Source: Armatimonadota bacterium
Lineage (GTDB): Bacteria; Armatimonadota; UBA5829; DTLH01
Direction of reading: 5' to 3'
NCBI GenBank assembly: GCA_039680575.1
Contig: JBDKSP010000097.1
Coordinates: forward strand, 1 to 30,748
Length of the DNA: 30,748 nucleotides
The notes beneath the pieces were generated by a model. It did no database searches. It was not told where the DNA came from and was given only the letters and a program-made list of their open reading frames with translations. The translations under genes were made by a program, and so were the position numbers. Below, one piece after another: positions 1 to 7,340 of the stretch; position 1 is the first letter of the stretch; the number at the start of each line of letters is the position of its first letter.

Positions 1-103
1 TTTGTCGGATTCACGAGGCTCTCGATATCCTAATGCAGACAGTGGCGGCCTGTATTCAACAGCGAAACGACCAAGCCACTGCCTGCAAGGTAGAAATGTA
101 ATG

Positions 104-430
104 TCATTTACTGGAAAGTGCACTAGCCCAGATATTACTGCTTGGCATAGTAAAAAGACCGATTGCACTCGTTAGAACATTGATGACAAATAGATACTTG
201 AAAAGGGTGGCAAAACCGCGCTTATAGAAACAATTTGCGATCAGCGCCTCTATCAGAGAAATACTGAGCAGGAGAGGGACTGTAAAGATCATGGGAAACA
301 GCAGCAGGCTGCATGGCCCGGCAGCCATAAGCATCTTAACGACCGAAGGCAGTATAAGATCGGCGAAAGCCGGTGTGGAAAATGACACAAAGAGAGCAAG
401 ACTTGCGAGCAGAACAACGGGTTTTCGCAT
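104..430 (-). CDS. Hypothetical membrane protein with N-terminal signal peptide (108 aa, possibly truncated)
   Basis: MRK + hydrophobic stretch + AFA cleavage motif, further hydrophobic segments, upstream GGAGGA SD and a sigma70-like promoter. Confidence 0.65.
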   Translation of the reverse strand: MRKPVVLLASLALFVSFSTPAFADLILPSVVKMLMAAGPCSLLLFPMIFTVPLLLSISLIEALIANCFYKRGFATLFKYLFVINVLTSAIGLFTMPSSNIWASALSSK

Positions 431-485
431 TATAGGAAAATCCTCCCAAGATTCGTCCGGCTCGGTCTTCTGAGCGGTTCAGTTA

Positions 486-514
486 ATATTATCTACCTTA
501 TGCTTGCCTGTCAA
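486..514 (-). promoter_or_regulatory. Sigma70-type promoter for the 430..104 gene
   Basis: TTGACA (514-509), 17-nt spacer, TAATAT (491-486). Confidence 0.7.
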
Positions 515-551
515 TGTCCGTTTATCATAAAATATGGCGGCTCAGCTTAAT

Positions 552-580
552 TTGACAGCCGTTTTCTCGCGTGTTATACT
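552..580 (+). promoter_or_regulatory. Sigma70-type promoter of rpoN
   Basis: TTGACA (552-557), 17-nt spacer ending TGT, TATACT (575-580). Confidence 0.75.
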
Positions 581-761
581 CAAATCGTGGCGGCCACGCG
601 CTGTTTGGTTTGACTAATGCAGTACCCTCTAAGTCGTACATGACCCAGACAGATGTCCCGCCGGACGTGGCCGAAGAAGTAATTATAAAAATCCCTGGTA
701 ATTTACCGAAAATAGAGTTGGAGCCATTTTTTCCGGCTCTTTCGGAAGGGGTGAACAAAAG

Positions 762-2174
762 TTGCTCATCGAGCAGGGCCTAAGGCAAGCGTTAACTCAA
801 AGAATCGATCCCAAGCTGATCCAAGCCAATACCATTCTGCAGCTTTCTCAACTTGAGCTTCAGCAGGTAATGGAGCAGGAACTCATGGAGAACCCTGCGC
901 TCGAGGTCCCGGAAGACGACCCGTGCGAAGGGTGCGAAATACCTAAGTCCCTGTGCATCGACTGCAGTTTCAATAAGCAGAAAACGACGAGCGATGATGT
1001 TGACATCAGTGTCTATGAGCTGGAAGTTCCCACTGATTTTATCGGCGATTCGGACAGCGAAAATGACTTTATCTCCAACATCGAAGCTGCTGTATCCCTG
1101 CAGGACCACCTGCACACCCTTCTTCGCGCCGTAGTCCACCAAGACCAGTATGCGATTGCGGATTATCTGGTCGCCAATATCGACGATACAGGTTATCTGA
1201 GCTGCAAGGTCGAGGAGGTTTCGGAATCGCTTGGAGTAAGCGTGCAGGAAGTCGAGGCGGTCCTGGCGCTTATTCAGACTTTCGAGCCGGCTGGGGTCGG
1301 CGCAAGAGACCTTCAGGAATGCCTGAAAATCCAGCTCGAACAAATGGAGGAAGAAGGTAAAGGAAACTGGGTCGCACTTTGTATAGTGCGGGACTCCTGG
1401 CAGGACATGGTCGCGCGGCGCGTGGGGCGGCTTGCGAGAAGGCTCAAGGTCACGCAAAAAGAAGTCAACGACGCCCTGTCATTTATCAAAAACAGCCTTA
1501 ATCCGTATCCGGGTAATGCTTTCCGTACGCCATGGGCTGCCAAGACGAACGATCCAGGCTCCGCTGTCCGCCCGGATGTCATAGTCAGAAGGACTCTTTC
1601 CGGTTTTGAGATAGAGGTGGTGCAGTCCGAGCAGTACCTTCTGGGAATCAACGCGCACTACAAAAAAGCGTACCAGGAGCTGAAAAACGGCGGTGAAAAG
1701 AAGTATTCCGAGGAAGAGAAGAAACACATAACCGAATTTGTCGAACGGTCCGACCTTTTCATACGGAATATCAACCAGCGCCGTCGAACGCTGAGACTGA
1801 TAACAAAGGCGATTGTGGAGTTTCAGCAGGGTTATCTCGAAACCGGCTCGAAATCTTTCCTCAGGCCGCTTACCCGCACCAAGATCGCACGGAAACTGAA
1901 GCTGCACGAGTCGACAGTCAGCCGGGCCACGGCGAATAAGTACGTCCAGCTTCCGAGCGAGGAGGTCGCGCCGTTCGATTTTTTCTTCGATGGGTCTGTC
2001 TCGGTAAAGGATCTTATAGGCGAACTGATAGCAAAAGAAGACCGCAGCAATCCGCTTTCGGACCAGGCGATTGCCGAGATGCTTCAGGAGCGGGGGCTTG
2101 CCGTCGCCAGACGGACGGTAGTGAAGTACCGCGAAGCCCAGAAGATCCTTTCCTCCCGCCAGCGGCGGCGGTAG
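762..2174 (+). CDS. rpoN: RNA polymerase sigma-54 factor
   Basis: Q/L-rich region I ending ENPALE, core-binding motifs (IDDTGYL, EPAGVGARDLQECL), LHESTVSRA HTH, RpoN box ARRTVVKYRE; TTG start. Confidence 0.97.
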   Translation: MLIEQGLRQALTQRIDPKLIQANTILQLSQLELQQVMEQELMENPALEVPEDDPCEGCEIPKSLCIDCSFNKQKTTSDDVDISVYELEVPTDFIGDSDSENDFISNIEAAVSLQDHLHTLLRAVVHQDQYAIADYLVANIDDTGYLSCKVEEVSESLGVSVQEVEAVLALIQTFEPAGVGARDLQECLKIQLEQMEEEGKGNWVALCIVRDSWQDMVARRVGRLARRLKVTQKEVNDALSFIKNSLNPYPGNAFRTPWAAKTNDPGSAVRPDVIVRRTLSGFEIEVVQSEQYLLGINAHYKKAYQELKNGGEKKYSEEEKKHITEFVERSDLFIRNINQRRRTLRLITKAIVEFQQGYLETGSKSFLRPLTRTKIARKLKLHESTVSRATANKYVQLPSEEVAPFDFFFDGSVSVKDLIGELIAKEDRSNPLSDQAIAEMLQERGLAVARRTVVKYREAQKILSSRQRRR

Positions 2175-2217
2175 GGTGCATCCCGAATGTAAAGTGTAGT
2201 CTTTCCATCACAAATAC

Positions 2218-2244
2218 TGCGGATGGAACGGATGTACACGGATT
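2218..2244 (+). repeat. Short 9-10 bp periodic CGGAT repeat after the rpoN stop
   Basis: tgcggatgga acggatgtac acggatt; same CGGAT unit as the right end of the 130-bp element. Confidence 0.5.
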
Positions 2245-2245
2245 A

Positions 2246-2277
2246 CTTTGGAGTGCAGCAGCGTTAGCTACTGCTTT
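2246..2277 (-). repeat. REP-like palindrome family A (AAAGCGG..CCGCACTCCAAAG), inverted copy
   Basis: Reverse complement aaagcagtagctaacgctgctgcactccaaag matches the copies at 2411, 20270 and 21909. Confidence 0.75.
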
Positions 2278-2362
2278 GACTGGTGATTATATAGAGATAT
2301 AACAGGAAGCACGACTTCCGTGGATTCGATAGATACAGAATGTCCGGGTCCTTTGGACCCGA

Positions 2363-2389
2363 TGGCCGCCACAGAGGGACGGCCACTAC
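2363..2389 (-). repeat. GTAG-type REP-like hairpin
   Basis: Minus strand reads GTAG-TGGCCG-tccctctgtgg-CGGCCA: a GTAG tetranucleotide followed by a stem-loop. Confidence 0.65.
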
Positions 2390-2410
2390 ACTCATTGTTG
2401 GATATCCATA

Positions 2411-2441
2411 GAAAAGCGGAAGCTGGTGATTCCGCACTCCA
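2411..2441 (+). repeat. REP-like palindrome family A
   Basis: gaaaagcggaagctggtgattccgcactcca, near-identical to 20270-20303. Confidence 0.8.
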
Positions 2442-2566
2442 CCATTATCCTTGGGATACCTTCAACCGCAGAAATGTGATAGAATAGCGTCATCATTTCG
2501 AATTACCCTGGGGTTTCGCAGTTCTAGACCGGCATTGGGACTTATTATTGATGGAGGCCTGATCTT

Positions 2567-2962
2567 TTGGCTCAATTTACGTCATCACCGATAGCAATGA
2601 TCCTTGTAAATGTATTTCTGGGGACAGTAGGGCAGATTATGCTCAAGACCGGCATGAACAACGCCGGCGGAAAAGCTAATGCAGCCGGTATGGCCGCCCT
2701 GTTGGACGCAGTAAAGGCAATAGCGAACCCCTGGGTGCTTATGGGCTTCACATTCTACGGAATCAGCTCTATTCTGTGGCTGATGATCCTGAAGAGAGTC
2801 TCGCTCAGTTCGGCTTACCCCATGATCAGCTTGAGCTACGTGTTCGTAGTCATCCTGTCAGCGCTGTTTCTTGGCGAAAGGCCTAACTGGGGGACTACCG
2901 CGCCCGGATTGCTGCTTATCATAGTCGGCGTTACCCTCATTGGGCTCGGATCGGGCAAGTAA
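2567..2962 (+). CDS. SMR/EamA (DMT) family small membrane protein, ArnE/ArnF-like lipid-linked sugar flippase candidate
   Basis: 131 aa with four hydrophobic helices, GQIMLKTG and LSSAYPMISLSYV motifs, GGAGG SD, extended -10 TGATAGAAT at 2477-2485. Confidence 0.85.
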   Translation: MAQFTSSPIAMILVNVFLGTVGQIMLKTGMNNAGGKANAAGMAALLDAVKAIANPWVLMGFTFYGISSILWLMILKRVSLSSAYPMISLSYVFVVILSALFLGERPNWGTTAPGLLLIIVGVTLIGLGSGK

Positions 2963-3013
2963 GGAGGCAGAGGAGTTACGAACAAAGAGCTTCTCCGGCG
3001 CGCAGCGCCTCTA

Positions 3014-5320
3014 TTGCTGCTTTTCATCCTGACGCTGGTCTTTCTGTATCCGGTGATATTCGGGGGGAAAGCGCTCCTCCCGGCGAAGTACCTTGCCGGC
3101 ATGCAGCCCTGGAACGGCGGCGCTCAGTCCGGCAAACTCCCGCAGTGGAACCCGCTCCAGTGGGACGGGATAGCACAGTTCTATCCCTGGAGGGTCCACT
3201 ACAGCCGGTCTTTGAGCGACGGTTACTTACCGCTCTGGAACCCGCACCAGTTCTGCGGGACTCCATTCGCCGCAAACGCGCAGACAGCGGTCTTTTATCC
3301 GCTCAACCTGCTTTTCGCAATGTTTACTCCTACCAAAGCGTTCGGCTTCTCGGCTGCGCTCCACCTGTTCCTTGCGGGCGCATTCGCGTTTCTTCTGGCA
3401 AGGGCGCTCGGGCTTGGCAGGTTCGGGGCGACCGTTTCAGGCATCGTCTTCGAGTTCAGCGCTTTTATGGTGGTCTGGCTGGAGCTTCCGACGCTTGTCA
3501 ATGTGGCCGTTTGGCTTCCGCTCGTGCTTTATCTGATCTTGAGATCGATGGACCGCACGGGGCCGGTGCATGCAATATTTGCGGGTCTCGCGCTTTCGAT
3601 GTCGGTCCTCGCCGGGCATTTCCAGGTAGCAACATATGTCGTAGCGGCGGTTGTACTCTGGTGGGTCTGGCTGATCGCCGGACGGTTTCGCATAGATGGG
3701 CGCGCGGCTATATGGAGGAGTGCGGGTCTCGCGCTTCTCAGCTTCTTCGTCACGTTTTTGATCACCGCTCCTCAGGTCCTGCCGACCCTGGAGCTGGCCG
3801 GGCTTTCCCACAGGGTCCGTGAAGCCACTTCTACGGGTTACGCCACCTACATCTCGAACGCAGTGCCCGCGCGGAACCTCATTGCCCTCTTTCTCCCGAA
3901 TTTCTATGGGAACCCGTCCGTCGGCAATTACTGGGCTGGGAGTGCAGCGGATTTTATGGAGTACGCGCTCTACATCGGGCTTTTGCCGCTTTTCCTGGCA
4001 GTGGTGGGCAGCGCGTTCACGATCAGATGGAGGGGATCTGCGTATTTCCTGGTCCTCGCGGTCATTTCGCTGCTCTTCATTCTCGGCACTCCGGTCAACT
4101 ATCTAGCCTATTTCCTGGTGCCCGGGACCAGCGCTCTCGGCGGGCCGAACAGGATGATCGTCATCTACTGTTTCTCGGCAGCGATGCTCGCCGGGTATGG
4201 AGCTCACTGGTTCATCCAGCTTGCCCGCGAGGAATACATGGCGACCCACCGAAAGCATGGGTGGCGGGCTATTTCCATCGCATTGGCGCAGGTCGTGTCG
4301 ATATTCATTGTAGTACAGCTTATTACCGTGGGCTCGCTCAAGGCGCTCGGAGTCGACCCAGGCCAGGTCATGGGCATCGCCTTCAACCAGTACCTGTCTT
4401 TGGCATCGATTTTCATTGCCGGGCTTGTGGTGCTCGCGCTCTACACGGCGGGACAGCTCTCGAAATTCATGTTCGCGGGGCTTGTGTTCGCTGTAATAGT
4501 GAGCGATCTCTTCTCGTTCGGCATGGGTTTCAACCAGACCGTGCCGCGCGAAGAGGTGTATCCTGAAACACAGCTCACTAAGTGGCTGTCCGATAATGTC
4601 AACGATACCAAGCTCATGCCGATCAACCGAAGCTGGAGCCTTTCCGAAACCCCTGCCGCTATTCTTCCTCCGAACTCAGCGACGGTCTACGGCTTCTATG
4701 ACATGCAGGGTTACGACTCTCTCTTCCCCAGGATGTACAAGGAGTTCGTCGATAAAAACCTCGGCATGGACTCAAGCCCTCAGGAGAACGGCAATATGCT
4801 GTTCATCCGGCAGTACGTTACGAGCTGGCCGGAGGGGACCGCCGGATATGTGCTGAGCCAAAGCCCTATAGCAGGTCCGGGTCTCTCTGAAGCCGCCGAT
4901 CTGGACGGGGTCTATGTCTATAAGGAGCGTACATACGGAGAGTATCAGTCGGCGTACCTGCTTTTACCCGTAGACCCGACAATAGGTACCACCGGAGAGA
5001 AGCCGAAAGGCCGCGCGTGGGTTACCGAGCGTGATTCGCCCAACGAAGTCGAAGTGCTTGCGGAGACGGACCAGACCGCCCGGCTTGTCCTTGCGGAGAC
5101 GTGGTATCCCGGCTGGCGCGCATGGGTGGATGGACGAAAGCAGCCGGTCGAGATAGCTCAAAGCGTCTTCAGGTCGGTTTTGATCGAGCCCGGAAAGCAT
5201 CATGTGGAGTTCCATTACCAGCCCGGAGGGGTTGTCGTGGGGATATTCCTCGGTCTTCTCGGAATAACCGCAGTCGGTACCGCTCTGGGCGTTGCGATTG
5301 CCGGGAGACGCGGAAGATGA
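3014..5320 (+). CDS. YfhO-family multi-pass membrane glycosyltransferase (GT-C like); true start may be ~2975
   Basis: PLWNPHQFCGTPFAANAQTAVFYP N-terminal motif, many TM segments, C-terminal LVLAETWYPGWRAWVDG...PGKHHVEFHY. Confidence 0.85.
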   Translation: MLLFILTLVFLYPVIFGGKALLPAKYLAGMQPWNGGAQSGKLPQWNPLQWDGIAQFYPWRVHYSRSLSDGYLPLWNPHQFCGTPFAANAQTAVFYPLNLLFAMFTPTKAFGFSAALHLFLAGAFAFLLARALGLGRFGATVSGIVFEFSAFMVVWLELPTLVNVAVWLPLVLYLILRSMDRTGPVHAIFAGLALSMSVLAGHFQVATYVVAAVVLWWVWLIAGRFRIDGRAAIWRSAGLALLSFFVTFLITAPQVLPTLELAGLSHRVREATSTGYATYISNAVPARNLIALFLPNFYGNPSVGNYWAGSAADFMEYALYIGLLPLFLAVVGSAFTIRWRGSAYFLVLAVISLLFILGTPVNYLAYFLVPGTSALGGPNRMIVIYCFSAAMLAGYGAHWFIQLAREEYMATHRKHGWRAISIALAQVVSIFIVVQLITVGSLKALGVDPGQVMGIAFNQYLSLASIFIAGLVVLALYTAGQLSKFMFAGLVFAVIVSDLFSFGMGFNQTVPREEVYPETQLTKWLSDNVNDTKLMPINRSWSLSETPAAILPPNSATVYGFYDMQGYDSLFPRMYKEFVDKNLGMDSSPQENGNMLFIRQYVTSWPEGTAGYVLSQSPIAGPGLSEAADLDGVYVYKERTYGEYQSAYLLLPVDPTIGTTGEKPKGRAWVTERDSPNEVEVLAETDQTARLVLAETWYPGWRAWVDGRKQPVEIAQSVFRSVLIEPGKHHVEFHYQPGGVVVGIFLGLLGITAVGTALGVAIAGRRGR

Positions 5321-6915
5321 GCGCAAAATTCGGCGGACCGGATGCCAAAATCAGGAGTTTAGTCCCGCTTCTCTGGGCTGTCGCGATAGTCGCGCTCGCC
5401 TCGGTGCCGTATATTATCGGGATAGCGGCAAGCCCGCCGGACGGAGTCTTTACCGGGTTCACTTTCAACATAGACGATGCCTTCGTCTACTCGTCCTGGA
5501 TCAAGCAGATAGCAAACGGCGGCCTGTTCATCCAAAACCAGTTCACATCCGACCCCCAGAGCGCTTGCCAGTTCAATCTGTTCTTCATCGCACTGGGGCT
5601 GATCGCGCGAATTACCCATCTGTCCCCCATGGCGGTCTTCCACCTGGCGAGAGTGGTCCTTGGGGTCGCATTTTTGATGCTCGTCTGGCGCTTTGCCGGG
5701 AGGTTTTTGAAAGACCCCATAGAACGGCTTCTGATAGTCCCGGTAGCAGGGTTCTCTTCGGGTCTCGGATGGATGCTTGCGGGTATCGGGAACCATAAGG
5801 GACCGGTCGACCTCTGGCAGCCTGAAGCGATTACCTTCCTCAGCATCTACCTGAACCCGCTTTTCCTGATGGGGATGGTCCTCATGACGGCGGCGCTCCA
5901 TTTTCTCTGCCGTATGAAAGAGACCGGCTCCCGGCGCGACTGCGTTTACGCCGGGTTTATGCTCCTTCTCCTCGGTAACATACATACTTACGATATAGTG
6001 ACCGTCGGAGCAGTCTGGGCCGCTTATCTCATCGCTGAAGCTGTAAAAGACCGCCGGTTAACGTGGCGGCCGATCGGTATGAGCTTCGCCGCGGCGCTCA
6101 TGGCGCTTCCATCTCTCGGTTACCAGCATTATCTCTACAACACCGAGGAGGTTTTCAGGCTTCGAGCCGAGACTCCCGCGCCGTCGCCCGCATTGTGGGC
6201 ATATCTGATGGGCTATGGACTTCTTCTGATCTTCGCCGTATTCGGAGGATGGAAGGCTGTCAAAGAGAGACGCGGCGTACTGATGCTGGCCATCTGGTCG
6301 ATAATCGGATTTGCGGTCCCATATCTGCCGGTTGCGCAGCAGAGAAAGCTCGTTATGGGGCTTCACATCCCGCTTGCTATCCTTGCGACGATAGCCATTG
6401 CCGCTGCTGTCCGCCGTGCCGGACCCAGGTTTTCCGCCCTGGCTGCCGTCCTTATCGTCGCGGCGCTTGTTCCGTCCAATCTGTATTTCATGATGCGGGA
6501 TATACGGTATATCGGCAGCATGACGACAGGGCCGGGGTTCAGGCCGTATATTTCAAGAGATGAAGCCCGCGCCATGCGCTGGCTCAGGGGCAACACCAGC
6601 CCGAACGATGTCGTCCTGACCTTCCCGAATATCGCGCTCTTTACCCCCGCTATGTCGGGAAACCGGGTCTACTACGGCCACTGGAGCGAGACGCCGGATT
6701 ATGAGAACCGGTTGAAGGGGTGGCTGGCGTTTATGGATTTGAAAACCCCGGAGGAGTGGCGGAGAGGTTACCTGAAAGAGTCAGAAGCGGATTATGTCCT
6801 CTATTTTTCGCGCCCGAAGGGGTTCGCGGAGCCGGTATACGACCTGCGCTCTTCAGGCTGCGCCAGGGTAGTCTTCGAGTCGGGCGATATAGCGGTCTAC
6901 AAGGTTATTCTGTGA
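5317..6915 (+). CDS. Multi-pass membrane protein, probable GT-C glycosyltransferase (532 aa)
   Basis: ATG 5317 overlaps the upstream stop (ATGA); acidic DD motif after TM1; many TMs; C-terminal AMRWLRGNT...VYYGHW domain typical of GT-C enzymes. Confidence 0.75.
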   Translation: MSAKFGGPDAKIRSLVPLLWAVAIVALASVPYIIGIAASPPDGVFTGFTFNIDDAFVYSSWIKQIANGGLFIQNQFTSDPQSACQFNLFFIALGLIARITHLSPMAVFHLARVVLGVAFLMLVWRFAGRFLKDPIERLLIVPVAGFSSGLGWMLAGIGNHKGPVDLWQPEAITFLSIYLNPLFLMGMVLMTAALHFLCRMKETGSRRDCVYAGFMLLLLGNIHTYDIVTVGAVWAAYLIAEAVKDRRLTWRPIGMSFAAALMALPSLGYQHYLYNTEEVFRLRAETPAPSPALWAYLMGYGLLLIFAVFGGWKAVKERRGVLMLAIWSIIGFAVPYLPVAQQRKLVMGLHIPLAILATIAIAAAVRRAGPRFSALAAVLIVAALVPSNLYFMMRDIRYIGSMTTGPGFRPYISRDEARAMRWLRGNTSPNDVVLTFPNIALFTPAMSGNRVYYGHWSETPDYENRLKGWLAFMDLKTPEEWRRGYLKESEADYVLYFSRPKGFAEPVYDLRSSGCARVVFESGDIAVYKVIL

Positions 6916-7117
6916 CCGGCGCGGCAAGTCCCTGTTTGATTTTCTCCCGCGCTTCCCCGGCGCTCGATATGATATTCGCTGCCTCTTGGTCTATCGACTC
7001 AAGAAGCCTGACCGCATCGATCTCGTCCCTCGTTGCGGCGCAGTAAGCCTTCAGTCCGATTTCGAGGTGCGCCACAGCGCGCTTGATATCGTAAAACTCT
7101 TTGGCTAAGTCTATCAA
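6905..7117 (-). CDS. Small helical hypothetical protein (~70 aa); TTG 7117 preferred over GTG 7126
   Basis: AGGAG SD 8 nt before the TTG, amphipathic helical sequence, own promoter. Confidence 0.65.
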   Translation of the reverse strand: MIDLAKEFYDIKRAVAHLEIGLKAYCAATRDEIDAVRLLESIDQEAANIISSAGEAREKIKQGLAAPVTE

Positions 7118-7151
7118 TTCGATCACTCCTGTGGATTTTCAGACTGCTCGG

Positions 7152-7179
7152 ATTATACCCGGCAGTCTGGGGTTTGCAA
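7152..7179 (-). promoter_or_regulatory. Sigma70-type promoter for the small ORF
   Basis: TTGCAA, 16-nt spacer, TATAAT. Confidence 0.6.
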
Positions 7180-7253
7180 CGATTGCAGACTGTTTCGGAA
7201 AAGCCGTGGGTAAAAACTCATCAAGCTAAACCGGCGGGGTCTCCGTCAGCGAC

Positions 7254-7282
7254 TTGAAAAGGCAGCCGTGTTGGGGTAGAAT
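7254..7282 (+). promoter_or_regulatory. Sigma70-type promoter of dnaE
   Basis: TTGAAA (7254-7259), 17-nt spacer, TAGAAT (7277-7282). Confidence 0.65.
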
Positions 7283-7340
7283 ACTGCTGGCCGCAAAGCA
7301 AAATACCAATTGCCGGCGGCATTGGAAGGTTGTTGCTGTC

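Noticed and set aside
1..106. Frameshifted continuation of the 430..104 gene (pseudogene)
   Set aside because: One alternative frame stays open to the window edge, but this cannot be supported without homolog alignment
571..783. uORF overlapping the rpoN start
   Set aside because: The start overlaps the -10 box, and the internal ATG (640) lacks an SD
5101..5316. Long overlap of the two GT-C ORFs
   Set aside because: ATG 5317 with an ATGA overlap is the more plausible start
7254..7340. 29-aa N-terminal extension of DnaE
   Set aside because: The TTG is part of the -35 box; homology starts at about PKFVHLH
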